NCBI GenBank assembly: GCA_963719505.1
Contig: CAVRCF010000003.1
Location: 160,001-224,000 of the forward strand
Direction of reading: 5' to 3'
Source of the DNA: Halobacteriovoraceae bacterium
GTDB taxonomy: Bacteria; Bdellovibrionota; Bacteriovoracia; Bacteriovoracales; Bacteriovoracaceae
DNA: 64,000 nt
Part shown: in pieces, positions 1 to 10,372 of the stretch
How positions within the stretch are numbered: position 1 is the stretch's first letter
Layout: every line of letters starts with the position of its first letter
Translations under genes and position numbers: made by a program
The notes under the pieces: generated by a model
Told to the model about the DNA's origin: nothing
Seen by the model: the letters and a program-made list of their open reading frames with translations, nothing else
The model's database searches: none

Positions 1-419
1 AACAAAAACAGAATCCAAAATCAAATCAATGTGAGGCTAAAGTCGCCCTAATTGAGGACGAAGAGCTCTTGAGTGAAATGATTATTGACTACTTAGAGGA
101 TTGTGGTTTTGAAACAAAAGCGTATAGAAATGTAGATGATTTTCTTGAGGCCTTAAATGAAACTCAATTTGATCTCATTGTCTCTGATATAAATTTGCCG
201 AAAAAAACTGGTTTTGATCTTATGAAGCATATGGCGGAAAATGCTCCACAAATTTTGCAGCGACTTCTGTTTATTACTGGTGGCTCGTTAGAAGTTTTAG
301 ATCCAGAGGGTAAAGACCTTATCACTAAAAATAATATAAAAATTCTTTTCAAACCTTTTGTTTTGAGTCAGCTTCATGAATTGATAGACGATGTTTTAGC
401 TTCTGTTGATCGAAAATAG
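1..419 (+). CDS. Receiver domain, C-terminal part of a response regulator or hybrid kinase (5' end outside window)
   Basis: Frame is open from base 3 (…VALIEDEELL…); has LIVSDINLP (phospho-Asp), ITG and FKPF receiver motifs. Confidence 0.85.
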   Translation, partial: QKQNPKSNQCEAKVALIEDEELLSEMIIDYLEDCGFETKAYRNVDDFLEALNETQFDLIVSDINLPKKTGFDLMKHMAENAPQILQRLLFITGGSLEVLDPEGKDLITKNNIKILFKPFVLSQLHELIDDVLASVDRK

Positions 420-545
420 CCATTACAGTATAAGAATTTTTTGAATTTCTTCTTTGTCGACAAAAATCACAAATTTGCAAATTTACTATGTCTATGTTTT
501 ATTAGTTGATAATCCGCCTAATAATTTATCCAAGGATCATCGTTT

Positions 546-1955
546 ATGAATATGGTTGCCTACAGTTTTATCGGTTTTCTCGTTCTTTTCATACTCATTG
601 GTGTCTCTTCAGTTTTAAAAAGTCAGAAAAGTAACTCAGACTATCTTCTTGCCGGACAGGGAGTTGCTCCTTGGTTAGCCGCTTTATCTGCCGTTGCCAC
701 GAATAACTCAGGCTATATGTTTATAGGATTGATAGGTTTTACTTATACTTCCGGTTTGCAATCAGTTTGGATCATGTTTGGTTGGATTTTAGGTGACTAT
801 GTTATTTCTAAATTTGTTCATTTGAAACTCAGAGAAAATACTCAAGAACAAAAGCTATTAAGCTTTGGTGGTGTTCTCGGACGTTGGTACGGGGGGAAAT
901 TCACTAAGCTTCGAAAGATAGTAGGTGTTGTCACTTTTGTCTTTTTAGGCATTTATGCAGCCGCTCAATTTAAAGCTGGTTCAAAAGCGCTTTATGTTCT
1001 TTTTGGATGGGATTATTCAACGGGGGCTATCATTGGTGCAATTATTGTTTTCCTTTATTGTCTCTCGGGTGGAATAAGAGCTTCTATTTGGACTGATGCA
1101 GCTCAATCTTTTGTCATGATTATCTCTATGGGTCTGCTTTACTACTTTGGTATTAAAGAAGTAGGAGGAGTTGAAAGTTTAGTTAGTAAACTCGATGCGG
1201 TCTCTCCTGAATATTTAAGCTTAATGCCTTCTGGCTTACAAATGGATAACGGACTTGGTGTGTTTTTCTTTATCTTAGGGTGGCTATTTGCAGGTTTTGG
1301 TGTCATTGGGCAGCCCCATATTATGATCCGTTTTATGTCTATTGATGACTCAAAAAATATGAAGAAAACTCAGAGATATTATTATTTATTCTTCGTTGTG
1401 TTCACATTTTTGACCTACGGAGTTGGGCTTATATCAAGAGTAATCCTTCCTGGAACTGAGAGCTTTGATGCGGAACTAGCACTGCCTCTCATGAGTCAAA
1501 AGCTTTTACCAGAGTTTCTTATTGGAATGGTCTTAGCGGGTCTGTTCTCTGCCACGATGTCTACTGCAGACTCTCAGGTTCTAAGTTGCTCAGCGGCTTT
1601 TACTAGAGACATCTTTCCAGGAAAAAAAGATAATCTTTTATATACAAAAATTGCAACAGGATCAGTGACAGTTCTTGCTCTTCTCGTTGCTTTATATGGT
1701 GGATCAAATGTTTTTGAGTTAGTTGTTTTCTCATGGAGTGTTTTAGCCGCAGCATTTGCGCCGCTACTCTTTCTCTATACCATTGGAAATAAAGTTACCG
1801 AAAATGTAGGGATCATTGTTATTCTCTCTGGAATGGGAATGGCATTTCTGTGGAAGATTTTAGGTCTATCGGGTGTGATTTATGAAGTCGCTCCTGGCAT
1901 GATGACGGGTCTTATTGTTTATTACCTAATCAGAAAGAAGTCTGACGAAGTTTAG
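546..1955 (+). CDS. putP: Sodium/proline (SSS family) symporter
   Basis: DYLLAG, ALSAVAT, GQPHIMIRFM, ATMSTADSQ motifs; many TM helices. Confidence 0.85.
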   Translation: MNMVAYSFIGFLVLFILIGVSSVLKSQKSNSDYLLAGQGVAPWLAALSAVATNNSGYMFIGLIGFTYTSGLQSVWIMFGWILGDYVISKFVHLKLRENTQEQKLLSFGGVLGRWYGGKFTKLRKIVGVVTFVFLGIYAAAQFKAGSKALYVLFGWDYSTGAIIGAIIVFLYCLSGGIRASIWTDAAQSFVMIISMGLLYYFGIKEVGGVESLVSKLDAVSPEYLSLMPSGLQMDNGLGVFFFILGWLFAGFGVIGQPHIMIRFMSIDDSKNMKKTQRYYYLFFVVFTFLTYGVGLISRVILPGTESFDAELALPLMSQKLLPEFLIGMVLAGLFSATMSTADSQVLSCSAAFTRDIFPGKKDNLLYTKIATGSVTVLALLVALYGGSNVFELVVFSWSVLAAAFAPLLFLYTIGNKVTENVGIIVILSGMGMAFLWKILGLSGVIYEVAPGMMTGLIVYYLIRKKSDEV

Positions 1956-1986
1956 AGCTTAGGACCTTTTTGATGGCGCGCACTTT

Positions 1987-3243
1987 TTAAGCAGCTTTTA
2001 GGGATAGTTTTCTAGAGTAGTGACTATCCACGCTTCCCAGATCAATTTTGTTCAAAAGGTTAGAGAAGGCCATCTTGCCTGCAAGGAGATCAATATCTTG
2101 ATACCATTTTGGTAAAAATTTGGGCTCTGTTATATTCATAGATTTGTATGCATCATTAAGAAGAAATACATCATTAATATCGACTTTTCCGCAAAAAAGC
2201 AGATGAGTAAGTTCTAAATTTTTTGTTCGAAAGGCCCATCTAAAAAAGCTGTGAACTCTAATCAATCCTTCAAGATAGGTTCCATCTTTTGTAAAAACAA
2301 TTCCTCCTTGAGCTCCACCTCCTCTGAAAATTCTTGAACTTGACAGATAGCTCTCGTGTTCAGACTGATCATTTGCAATAAAAAAATGGTAGAGGTCATA
2401 GAAGTCGGCTCCTCTTAGCGCCATATCAATAGCAATAACTCTTAATGCGAGCCTTTTTAATCTGGCAAGGTCCATAGTTCCCGTAATAACTTCAGCAAAG
2501 GTTGCTAGACCCTCTTGTGTTTTTGTTGTTCGAGGAGCTCCTTGGCCCATTATGGTTAAATTTTTTTGAAGACTTCCGTTTATGCCTGTTAGTGAGTGAG
2601 TCATGACCTCATGGACAAGTAGCTGATCAAAGTCATACTTAGTAAACTGCGCCTCTTTTCGAATTTTTATTTTGGTTTTGCTCGCAGATGCTTTTGCCGT
2701 CATCTTTTCTGTAATTTCAAACTTAGGCCCTTGATCTTGAAATACCTTCTTGGACTCCTCTTTGAGATACTTCCTTAAGTCTGCGCTGCTAAACCTTTGT
2801 GGAGAGTCTACTAAATAGGGGGGAGCGTATTCTTGATGGGCCAGTAATATCTTATTGGCGGTATCAAGATGTGAGTAGTTACTTCCAAAGAGCTTGTGAT
2901 CAGGTCGACCATACTCTCTAATACTAAGATCTTGAAAATTGGAACTTCCCGCAGCATCAACTAACTCGATTGCATTAAGATAGCTTCTAATCATTGAAGA
3001 AGTATAGATGTGTAAGGGATCGTTGGCAGAGAGCTGCCTCTCTAGTTTTCCGAGTGCTAGTTTGGCGTCAGTAAAGTCAGCCTTTTTGTATTTAAAACTT
3101 AAGCTAGGTCTTTGACCTTTTTTCATTTGACTAAAAAAAGAACTCTCTAAGTGACTAGGCCAGCTTATATGTTCGAGTATTCGAATACTCTTTACTACTT
3201 CGACAGCCTTATTATTTATATTCATTAATTTTAGATTCTTCAT
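1987..3243 (-). CDS. QEGLA-motif (DUF1704/MATCAP-like) metallopeptidase
   Basis: HEVMTH zinc motif followed by TQEGLA; RIFRGG and FTKDxxYLxG motifs. Confidence 0.85.
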   Translation of the reverse strand: MKNLKLMNINNKAVEVVKSIRILEHISWPSHLESSFFSQMKKGQRPSLSFKYKKADFTDAKLALGKLERQLSANDPLHIYTSSMIRSYLNAIELVDAAGSSNFQDLSIREYGRPDHKLFGSNYSHLDTANKILLAHQEYAPPYLVDSPQRFSSADLRKYLKEESKKVFQDQGPKFEITEKMTAKASASKTKIKIRKEAQFTKYDFDQLLVHEVMTHSLTGINGSLQKNLTIMGQGAPRTTKTQEGLATFAEVITGTMDLARLKRLALRVIAIDMALRGADFYDLYHFFIANDQSEHESYLSSSRIFRGGGAQGGIVFTKDGTYLEGLIRVHSFFRWAFRTKNLELTHLLFCGKVDINDVFLLNDAYKSMNITEPKFLPKWYQDIDLLAGKMAFSNLLNKIDLGSVDSHYSRKLSLKAA

Positions 3244-3451
3244 CTCCCTCTGATCGACCTTTTTATGATTTAAGCTGAGTTTTATTTAAAGGATGTAAGT
3301 CGTTGAAAATACGTGGTTAATGTCAAGAACGTGTTAAATTTTTGCCTTCTAATTTACTTTAAACCCATAGAATTATAAACAGTTGGGATAAAAGTTTTCG
3401 TTGATACAAAATATATCTAAAAGAGAAAACGCATGTTAAGGCGGACCTATA

Positions 3452-4603
3452 ATGTTACAAAAAATCTCGACTCTCTTCTTTCTCTCACTTTTATTTCTTT
3501 CAAATGGATATTCAAAAGAGTACGGCTGGGGCACGATTATTGAAGATGAAAAAAGTAAACTAAAAATTGGAGGAAGACTCCAGGTCATCTTAGAACAAGA
3601 CTCCGATACAGAAGCTCAAGATTTTTATTTGAGAAGAACCAGGTTAAATCTTGAATATAAACCTTGGGAGGGACACACCTTTGTCTACGATATTCGAAAT
3701 GATGGAGCAAATAAAGCTGATAAGGGTGAGGAAACTTTCAATATTGGTGATGCTTATTGGAAAATTGATATCAATGAGAACACAGTAAACAATATAAAAC
3801 TTTTTAGAGCGAAAGTGGATGTTTCATACTCGCAAACTTCCAGTTCCAAAAACCTTTTTAATCCTCAAAGAGCTGAGGTGTCAGAGCATGCTTCAGACTT
3901 TGTCGTTCATAATAGGCGAGCTGTGAATGCACAAGTTAATGGGAATATTCAAAATTTGGCTTACCAAGTGGCTTTGTCTGATGGCGTGAACTCTGAAGAT
4001 TTAAGTGATCTCGATGCTAAAGAAGTAAAAAAAGTAAATTATCAAAAGCTCACTTACGGCGCAAAATTGAGGTACTTCTTTGTGGGAGATGCAAAGAAAA
4101 ATAAATCACAAGACACTTTTTATGGTCTGAGTGAGTCCTTTTCTATTGGATTAGGTTACTTTGCTAATGATAAAATTAATATCGATAACTCAAATAACTC
4201 AGCTTCTTTGCAGGAGTTTTCCTTCAGAAGAAGTCTGACAAATATTGATTTTTCATACTCAGGTCAAAATATTCGATTTCTTGCAGAATACTTTGAATTT
4301 ACTGGAGACTTGCTTGATTTGAGTGCGAACTCTAAAGCAGATGCCCTAGGAGATTCTGGCGGATACTACGCTCAGCTAGAATATGTTTTTAATAAATGGG
4401 CTCCTTATATTATCTATGAAAATTTTGATAAAAATAAAGATGAAAGTCAGAGTGAACAATCAGTGAAAACTGTTGGGATAAATTTTTGTCAAAGACTTGA
4501 AGCTACGCGCTTTGGTATTGCCCACAAAGAAATTCAAAATCAAAGGCGAGTGGGAGATAATAACGAAGAACTTCTCTATGCTTACTTCATGTTGAATTTT
4601 TAA
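3452..4603 (+). CDS. Outer-membrane porin (OprO/OprP-like)
   Basis: Signal peptide, GGRLQ…FYLRRTRL motif, amphipathic strands, C-terminal Phe. Confidence 0.7.
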   Translation: MLQKISTLFFLSLLFLSNGYSKEYGWGTIIEDEKSKLKIGGRLQVILEQDSDTEAQDFYLRRTRLNLEYKPWEGHTFVYDIRNDGANKADKGEETFNIGDAYWKIDINENTVNNIKLFRAKVDVSYSQTSSSKNLFNPQRAEVSEHASDFVVHNRRAVNAQVNGNIQNLAYQVALSDGVNSEDLSDLDAKEVKKVNYQKLTYGAKLRYFFVGDAKKNKSQDTFYGLSESFSIGLGYFANDKINIDNSNNSASLQEFSFRRSLTNIDFSYSGQNIRFLAEYFEFTGDLLDLSANSKADALGDSGGYYAQLEYVFNKWAPYIIYENFDKNKDESQSEQSVKTVGINFCQRLEATRFGIAHKEIQNQRRVGDNNEELLYAYFMLNF

Positions 4604-4671
4604 GACCTATTCTTTTATCCATATTCACAAAATATTTTGAACTTTATAAACTATCAAAGTATATTATTCAG

Positions 4672-5313
4672 ATGAATGAGACATATGAGTCTTGGAAAAA
4701 AGGTAATATTACAGATTCTCGCATGGCCTTGATTTACTTTATCAATCGCTTTGCTGTTGATTTTGATGATCAAAGGCTTATGAAGCTTATTGGACATATT
4801 CCCTATGAAAAGATCCTTGATAACTACCAATTTAAAAAAATAAAAGGTAAAGCCATTATCTGCCTGAAAAAATGGGTTAGTGGTGAATGGGATCTCACTC
4901 TTTGTGAGAAAATATTTACGCCCTTTGAGGTACTCTCTTTTCAGGCCAGAGGCATTCGGCCTGTTACAATGAGATATAATAATGAAAACTTGCCTGTTCT
5001 ACATCGAAAGAACTCTCTGGATTTCTTCGTTCATGATCTGGAACACGGGTATATGTTTTTTCACGATGAAGATTTAAAACAGATGCAAAAACAATTCTTT
5101 ACCAAAATCGAAAGGTCCTTGTCTTGCGGCCTATGGACAGAAAAATTGGAGGATAAAGTCTTTAAAGAAAAATTCTATTATATGATAAGTGATATGAATT
5201 CCCATAAAGAGCATTACAGAGCTTATCTTCAATCAATGCTTTCGTTAAATGAGTTTAGAGAGTTTGAATTTTTATTTGATGAAAAAGAAAGTAGCGACCA
5301 AACAAATGTCTGA
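4672..5313 (+). CDS. Hypothetical protein with HDLEH motif
   Basis: 213-aa ORF; FFVHDLEH resembles a metal-binding helix. Confidence 0.6.
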   Translation: MNETYESWKKGNITDSRMALIYFINRFAVDFDDQRLMKLIGHIPYEKILDNYQFKKIKGKAIICLKKWVSGEWDLTLCEKIFTPFEVLSFQARGIRPVTMRYNNENLPVLHRKNSLDFFVHDLEHGYMFFHDEDLKQMQKQFFTKIERSLSCGLWTEKLEDKVFKEKFYYMISDMNSHKEHYRAYLQSMLSLNEFREFEFLFDEKESSDQTNV

Positions 5314-5327
5314 TCGCCAAAAAATAT

Positions 5328-6110
5328 TTAAGCGCTCAATGAGACAATAATAAGAAGACTAAGTCCTGTTCCAATAGTCGCTGGTAAAAGGATTGCTGCA
5401 GTACTCGCACCAGTTATGAGAAGAATTGCGAGAATCACCAAAAGGATGGCAGTGGTCATTATTAAAGCTAATATTCCAACTGTAAGCCAAATGGCCATTG
5501 CGATTTCATCTAAGATGCCACTTTTTAAAGATTTACTATTAGAGTTTTGAGTAAAGCTCTCAATGCTTGAAAGGTAGTCTTGATAACTCATGCTTATAAG
5601 TTTATCTAATCTGCTCTTTAGGACGAACTCAAAGCCCCCAGCTTGACGAGCTTGGCTTAGAAGGTTCTGAGCTGTTTCTTCCTCAGATTCAGTCGTAGCA
5701 GATTGTTCTAGTTTATTTTTGAGATCCTTTACAGTCAAACCGCTTTTAGAAGCGAGTTTTCTCAAAAGGCTTCCTCTGCGAAGTATCTTGGAAGAAACTT
5801 TTCTAACCTTTCTAAAGTCTTCACTGTTTTGACTTAAAAGGTATTCTTCTTGTTCAACAAGACTTAGGCTTTCCATTTTAGAAATTTTTTGAGTCGTCTT
5901 TTTGATGAACTTTCTTTTATTGCGTTCAAATTTCTTAAGAGACATCGGGGAAGAGGTTGCTGACTTACTGATAGTTGAGTTTGCGTCAATCATCTTTGTG
6001 ACTTCGTCGAGAGCTTGGGCAATCTGTCTGTCTTCAACGCCTGGTGTGTAGGCAAGGGCTTGACCTGATGAAAAGGCGATAAGAACTAGATTTAAGATAA
6101 AATTTTTCAT
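5328..6110 (-). CDS. Exported hypothetical protein with C-terminal hydrophobic helices
   Basis: N-terminal signal peptide, GGAG RBS, long hydrophobic C-terminus. Confidence 0.65.
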   Translation of the reverse strand: MKNFILNLVLIAFSSGQALAYTPGVEDRQIAQALDEVTKMIDANSTISKSATSSPMSLKKFERNKRKFIKKTTQKISKMESLSLVEQEEYLLSQNSEDFRKVRKVSSKILRRGSLLRKLASKSGLTVKDLKNKLEQSATTESEEETAQNLLSQARQAGGFEFVLKSRLDKLISMSYQDYLSSIESFTQNSNSKSLKSGILDEIAMAIWLTVGILALIMTTAILLVILAILLITGASTAAILLPATIGTGLSLLIIVSLSA

Positions 6111-6263
6111 TTATTCTCCTGTTTTTTACTTTGTTGTCGTATTTATTAATGCGAATATAGAGATGGTTTTAGGGTTTTGATAGCTTAAGGGGAAACAGAA
6201 GCGAAGGTATATGTCACTTTGCCACAAGAGTTATTAAACGATGTATTTTTAGGAAATCAGTAT

Positions 6264-6836
6264 ATGGAGTCAAAACAAGAGAAATTTCAACAAGTTATCG
6301 ATACAGCCTTTAGCCTTTTAGAACAAAGAGGGATTAAAGGGGTGAGTATAAGCTTAATTTCCCAAAGGTCTAAAATATCTAGGGGCTGGATTTATAAGTA
6401 TATAGCCAGTGATATTGATGGTGTGCTTAGGTTTTGTCTTAAAGCGTATGCTGATGAATTTGCTCGTTTTGCTGACCTCAAAACTTGTGTGAATGCTGAG
6501 GAACTTAAAGTTTCGATTCTTAGCTTCACCTCACTGATGGTTGATAGGGTTTGTGAGAATCAATCGATTCTGTCTCTTTATTTTTCTCATATTGGGGCGA
6601 AAAATCTAGTTGGGGATATTGTCCGAGAGACTGACCAGCGCTATTTGCAACATATTGCCAATAACTTTGAACTCGTTTTTAAAGACACTAAGAAAAGAGC
6701 TTTTGTAAAAGCCGAAGTTTTTCATTCTATGCGCATGGGGGGACTCTTAGTTTTCACAAAACCTGGAGATAAAGATATAGCCGGCTTGAAAAAAGAATAT
6801 CTATCTCATCTTGAGATCCTTTTAAAATCTCTATAA
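6264..6836 (+). CDS. TetR/AcrR family regulator
   Basis: N-terminal HTH (GVSISLISQRSKISRGWIYKY); ATG at 6264 after AGGA preferred over TTG 6219. Confidence 0.8.
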   Translation: MESKQEKFQQVIDTAFSLLEQRGIKGVSISLISQRSKISRGWIYKYIASDIDGVLRFCLKAYADEFARFADLKTCVNAEELKVSILSFTSLMVDRVCENQSILSLYFSHIGAKNLVGDIVRETDQRYLQHIANNFELVFKDTKKRAFVKAEVFHSMRMGGLLVFTKPGDKDIAGLKKEYLSHLEILLKSL

Positions 6837-6913
6837 AACCTTTATGCATAAATAGTTTACCAATAACTTGAAATACATTTGTCATTTCCAATCAATAGGA
6901 TTTAGAATCTGAA

Positions 6914-8221
6914 ATGATCAAATTTTCCGTCATTCTTATTGCACTTTCGACCATTATTTATCTACAGGTAAAGCGAACAAATGAGCAGTCCATTGCCAGT
7001 TTATGTGAGCTGACAACAGATATTCGGCAATGTCCTGAAAATCTAGGAAGTCTTTTTCTTCCCCGAACATACTCTGCAAGGGCCATATATGTTGGCTTTT
7101 CTAGAGACCAAATTCATGTCGATTTCTTGTATTCCCTTATTGATGAGGTGTCTAAACTTGATGTGGCTCCCAAGGTAAATATTTTGATCCCCAGTCTAGA
7201 AGAATACGAAGCTCATAAAGTTTTAAAGAAGTACTTTGGCAAAGAGGATTATAGCTTTATCAATCTTATTCCGACAGCTTCAAAGGATGCTGTTTGGGCC
7301 CAAGACTATTTAGAAATTCTTTTTAATACCAAAACAGGACAAAGCGAGATCGTCGACTTGCCTTATTATGAAAGAGAAGGGGAGGACCTTCCTGCATCAG
7401 TAGCACTTGTGTGCCAAAAAGAGTTAAAACCTCAAGCTGAATTTACGACAGAATACAAGCCAGGAAGTGGAGATTATGGAGGAAATATAGAAGCTATTAC
7501 CACCAAGATTTTAACTGTAGGAACAAATCTCTCTGATGAAACATATAAGGTCCTAAAAAGCTTAACCTCACAGGAAATAACAGAACTTAATGTCGACTGG
7601 TTAGAGACAGGTCATGTGGATGAGTTAATTACAACACTTCCGTTTAAGAAAAATGCCGAGCCTTGTGAACAGGCCCTCCTTATCGCATCTCCAAAACTGG
7701 CATATGACACTATTGCTGCAACTCCTATAGATCTTAAAGAACAGAAAAATCCCAATAGCCCATTTTTTGATAATGAAGATGTGTGGGTTGATCATTTTCA
7801 CTGCCTCTTTAGGAAAAACTCCAAAAGATCAGATTGCTTAGAATTAGAAAAAGCAAATTTAGTGTACCAAAGTATTATTGATCAAGGTGTTGCAACTATT
7901 CAGACTCTTATTGAGAAACATCATGGATGTCGTCTCAAAGAAGAGAGATTCCCTCAACTCTTTGTCCCTTTAAAGTATAGAGATAAGTATGGAACTTTGG
8001 ACGATAGAGCAGTTTCTTTGAATCCAAATAGTGTTAATAATATTTTCTTCTTTCCCAATCTAATCTTGGCAAAGCAGTCTTTTGAACCTTTTCAAAAAAC
8101 AGTTGATAAGGTCTTACTCAACTTTCCTTTTAAAGCGATTTATATCGATGATAAGTTTGCCCACGAACTCAATGGTGGGATTCATTGTGCGACAAATATC
8201 TCCTATGGCTGTGCCCCGTAA
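6914..8221 (+). CDS. Protein-arginine deiminase (PAD) family protein, N-terminally anchored or secreted
   Basis: WAQD, GGNIE, WLETGHVDE and GGIHCATN match PAD catalytic Asp/His/Asp/Cys motifs. Confidence 0.85.
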   Translation: MIKFSVILIALSTIIYLQVKRTNEQSIASLCELTTDIRQCPENLGSLFLPRTYSARAIYVGFSRDQIHVDFLYSLIDEVSKLDVAPKVNILIPSLEEYEAHKVLKKYFGKEDYSFINLIPTASKDAVWAQDYLEILFNTKTGQSEIVDLPYYEREGEDLPASVALVCQKELKPQAEFTTEYKPGSGDYGGNIEAITTKILTVGTNLSDETYKVLKSLTSQEITELNVDWLETGHVDELITTLPFKKNAEPCEQALLIASPKLAYDTIAATPIDLKEQKNPNSPFFDNEDVWVDHFHCLFRKNSKRSDCLELEKANLVYQSIIDQGVATIQTLIEKHHGCRLKEERFPQLFVPLKYRDKYGTLDDRAVSLNPNSVNNIFFFPNLILAKQSFEPFQKTVDKVLLNFPFKAIYIDDKFAHELNGGIHCATNISYGCAP

Positions 8222-8243
8222 TGAAGTCTAAGGGAAATGTTTT

Positions 8244-8272
8244 TTGACAATCTTTTTACGATATCGTAATTA
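8244..8272 (+). promoter_or_regulatory. Sigma70-type promoter with perfect 14-bp palindrome (likely PadR operator)
   Basis: TTGACA at 8244-8249; TTACGATATCGTAA palindrome at 8256-8269 just before the GTG start. Confidence 0.6.
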
Positions 8273-8278
8273 GTAATA

Positions 8279-8578
8279 GTGAAAATAAACGACTTCTTTT
8301 CAAGTTTCATCAAGATTCATATCCTTCACCACTGTGATAAGGAAGAGGTTTTTGGTTCGTGGATGATTCAAGAGCTCCAGGAACACGGTTACACCATTAG
8401 CCCTGGATCCCTCTATCCACTTTTTAAATCCCTTGAAAAAAAAGGCCTTTTATTGTCTCGAGTCGAGCAAGATGGAAAAACTAGAAGACGCCTTTATAAG
8501 ATTACGACAAAAGGAAGAAAAGAGCTCAAAGAAGCAAAAGTTAAACTGAGAGAACTCATTGGTGAGATTTTAGAATAG
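8279..8578 (+). CDS. PadR family regulator
   Basis: ISPGSLYPLFKSLEKKGLL…RRLYKITTKG. Confidence 0.9.
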   Translation: MKINDFFSSFIKIHILHHCDKEEVFGSWMIQELQEHGYTISPGSLYPLFKSLEKKGLLLSRVEQDGKTRRRLYKITTKGRKELKEAKVKLRELIGEILE

Positions 8579-8599
8579 TATCACTATGAGAGGAACAAA

Positions 8600-9889
8600 A
8601 TGAAAAAGATTACGACTAAAGAACTTTTTAAAGTCTGGGGGCATGTAGCCGCTCATAGCTTTGGAGGACCAGCAGGGCAGATTGCTGTTATTCATAAACT
8701 TGTTGTTGAAGACAAAAAACTCATTTCAGAAGAAAGATTCTTACACGCTTTAAATTTTTGCATGTTACTTCCAGGTCCAGAGGCACAACAACTCGCGACT
8801 TATATGGGCTTTCTTATGAGTAAGTGGAAAGGCGGCCTCATCGCTGGTGGATTATTTATACTCCCGGGGTTTCTCTCCATCCTTGCTCTTTCGTATTTAT
8901 ACGTTCTTTTTAATGATGTCAGTATCGTTCAAGGCCTCTTCTATGGTATTAAGCCTGCTATTATTGCAATTGTTCTGGCAGCTCTTTATAAAATCTCTAA
9001 AAAATCTTTGAAGACATCTTTTCATTGGGTTTTAGCTAGTCTGGCTTTTATCTCGCTTTTCTTTTTAAACCTTCCTTTTCCTCTCGTTGTTATAAGCTCT
9101 GGTCTTCTTGGTATCATCTATGGAAAATTTGTGGCGAATCACGAGTTGAAAGATATTGAAGATCTTGAAAAGCCCTCCGCAAAGCAGACCATATTTACAG
9201 TCGTGGTTTGGGCAATTGTCTGGTTTGTACCAATCGTGCTTACTTTAATTATTATGGGGCCAAACTCGACACTGCATACGTTAAATCTATATTTTAGTAA
9301 AATGTCATTAGTGACTTTCGGTGGCGCCTATGCGGCTTTAAGTTACGTCGCCCAACAAGCGGTCGAAGTCTATGGTTGGCTGCAAGGGACTGAGATGTTG
9401 GATGGTTTGGCGCTTGCTGAAACAACTCCTGGTCCTCTTATTCAAGTCGTCCAATACGTCGGCTTTATGGGGGCTTATCGATTTCCAGATGCCATGAATC
9501 CTCTTTTTAGTGCCTTTATAGGGTCAGTGTTAACAACGTGGATGACTTTTGTTCCCTGCTTTCTCCTTATTTTTACTTTCGCGCCCTATATCGAATTTAT
9601 TAGAGGCCAAAAAATATTTTCTGATGCTCTCTCTGCTATTACGGCGTCAATCGTTGGTGTTATTTTTAATCTTTCTTTATGGTTCGTTTTAAAAGCACTC
9701 TTTCTTAGATCAAAAGAATTTGAAAATAGTCTCCTAGACTTTGAATATCCATTAATTTCATCAATTGATTTTTACGCTGTAGGTATTTGTTTAGTGGCGC
9801 TTATTATGCAGTTTAAGTTCAAAAACGGACTTTTTACAATTTTGGCCGTAAGCACCAGTTTGGGAATACTGGTTAAGGTATTAATCTAA
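8600..9889 (+). CDS. chrA: Chromate efflux transporter
   Basis: SFGGPAGQIA, LLPGPEAQQLA, TFGGAYA, AETTPGP motifs. Confidence 0.92.
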   Translation: MKKITTKELFKVWGHVAAHSFGGPAGQIAVIHKLVVEDKKLISEERFLHALNFCMLLPGPEAQQLATYMGFLMSKWKGGLIAGGLFILPGFLSILALSYLYVLFNDVSIVQGLFYGIKPAIIAIVLAALYKISKKSLKTSFHWVLASLAFISLFFLNLPFPLVVISSGLLGIIYGKFVANHELKDIEDLEKPSAKQTIFTVVVWAIVWFVPIVLTLIIMGPNSTLHTLNLYFSKMSLVTFGGAYAALSYVAQQAVEVYGWLQGTEMLDGLALAETTPGPLIQVVQYVGFMGAYRFPDAMNPLFSAFIGSVLTTWMTFVPCFLLIFTFAPYIEFIRGQKIFSDALSAITASIVGVIFNLSLWFVLKALFLRSKEFENSLLDFEYPLISSIDFYAVGICLVALIMQFKFKNGLFTILAVSTSLGILVKVLI

Positions 9890-10029
9890 TATTCTGGCTT
9901 TATTTTATCGACAAAAAATGAGCATAGAGTCATTTGTGAAGAATTGTAAAAATATCTATATATAGGCTTATTAGCATCAACATGTAATGACACTCTTTAA
10001 AAGCTATCATTTAGCTAAAGGAGGGTGTT

Positions 10030-10266
10030 ATGAACATCGAAAAATTAGTTAGTCAGCCATCACAAAACTATGAAGTTCCAGATCAAATTTTAGTAGATAG
10101 CCACCTAGAAATTGATCAAAAAATTAAGGCTTTGGAAAATTGGAAGCAGCAGTGCTCTCATTTGCAAGAAAGCTCGGGTGAGGGGATGGAAAACGGATCG
10201 GAGAATCAATTGCAAGCTGTGTCAAAAGCTCTCATTGAAGCTCGAGAAATAAAAAAGAGTAGATAA
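10030..10266 (+). CDS. Small hypothetical protein
   Basis: Strong AGGAGG RBS; 78-aa ORF. Confidence 0.65.
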   Translation: MNIEKLVSQPSQNYEVPDQILVDSHLEIDQKIKALENWKQQCSHLQESSGEGMENGSENQLQAVSKALIEAREIKKSR

Positions 10267-10372
10267 CTCTTTTTCTAAAATTGAAAAATGCCACTGCATT
10301 CACTTCTTGAATGTTTCCAGTGGTGTAGTAAACTATCTTCACTTAACTCAATAAACAAAGGTAAATTTAAAG

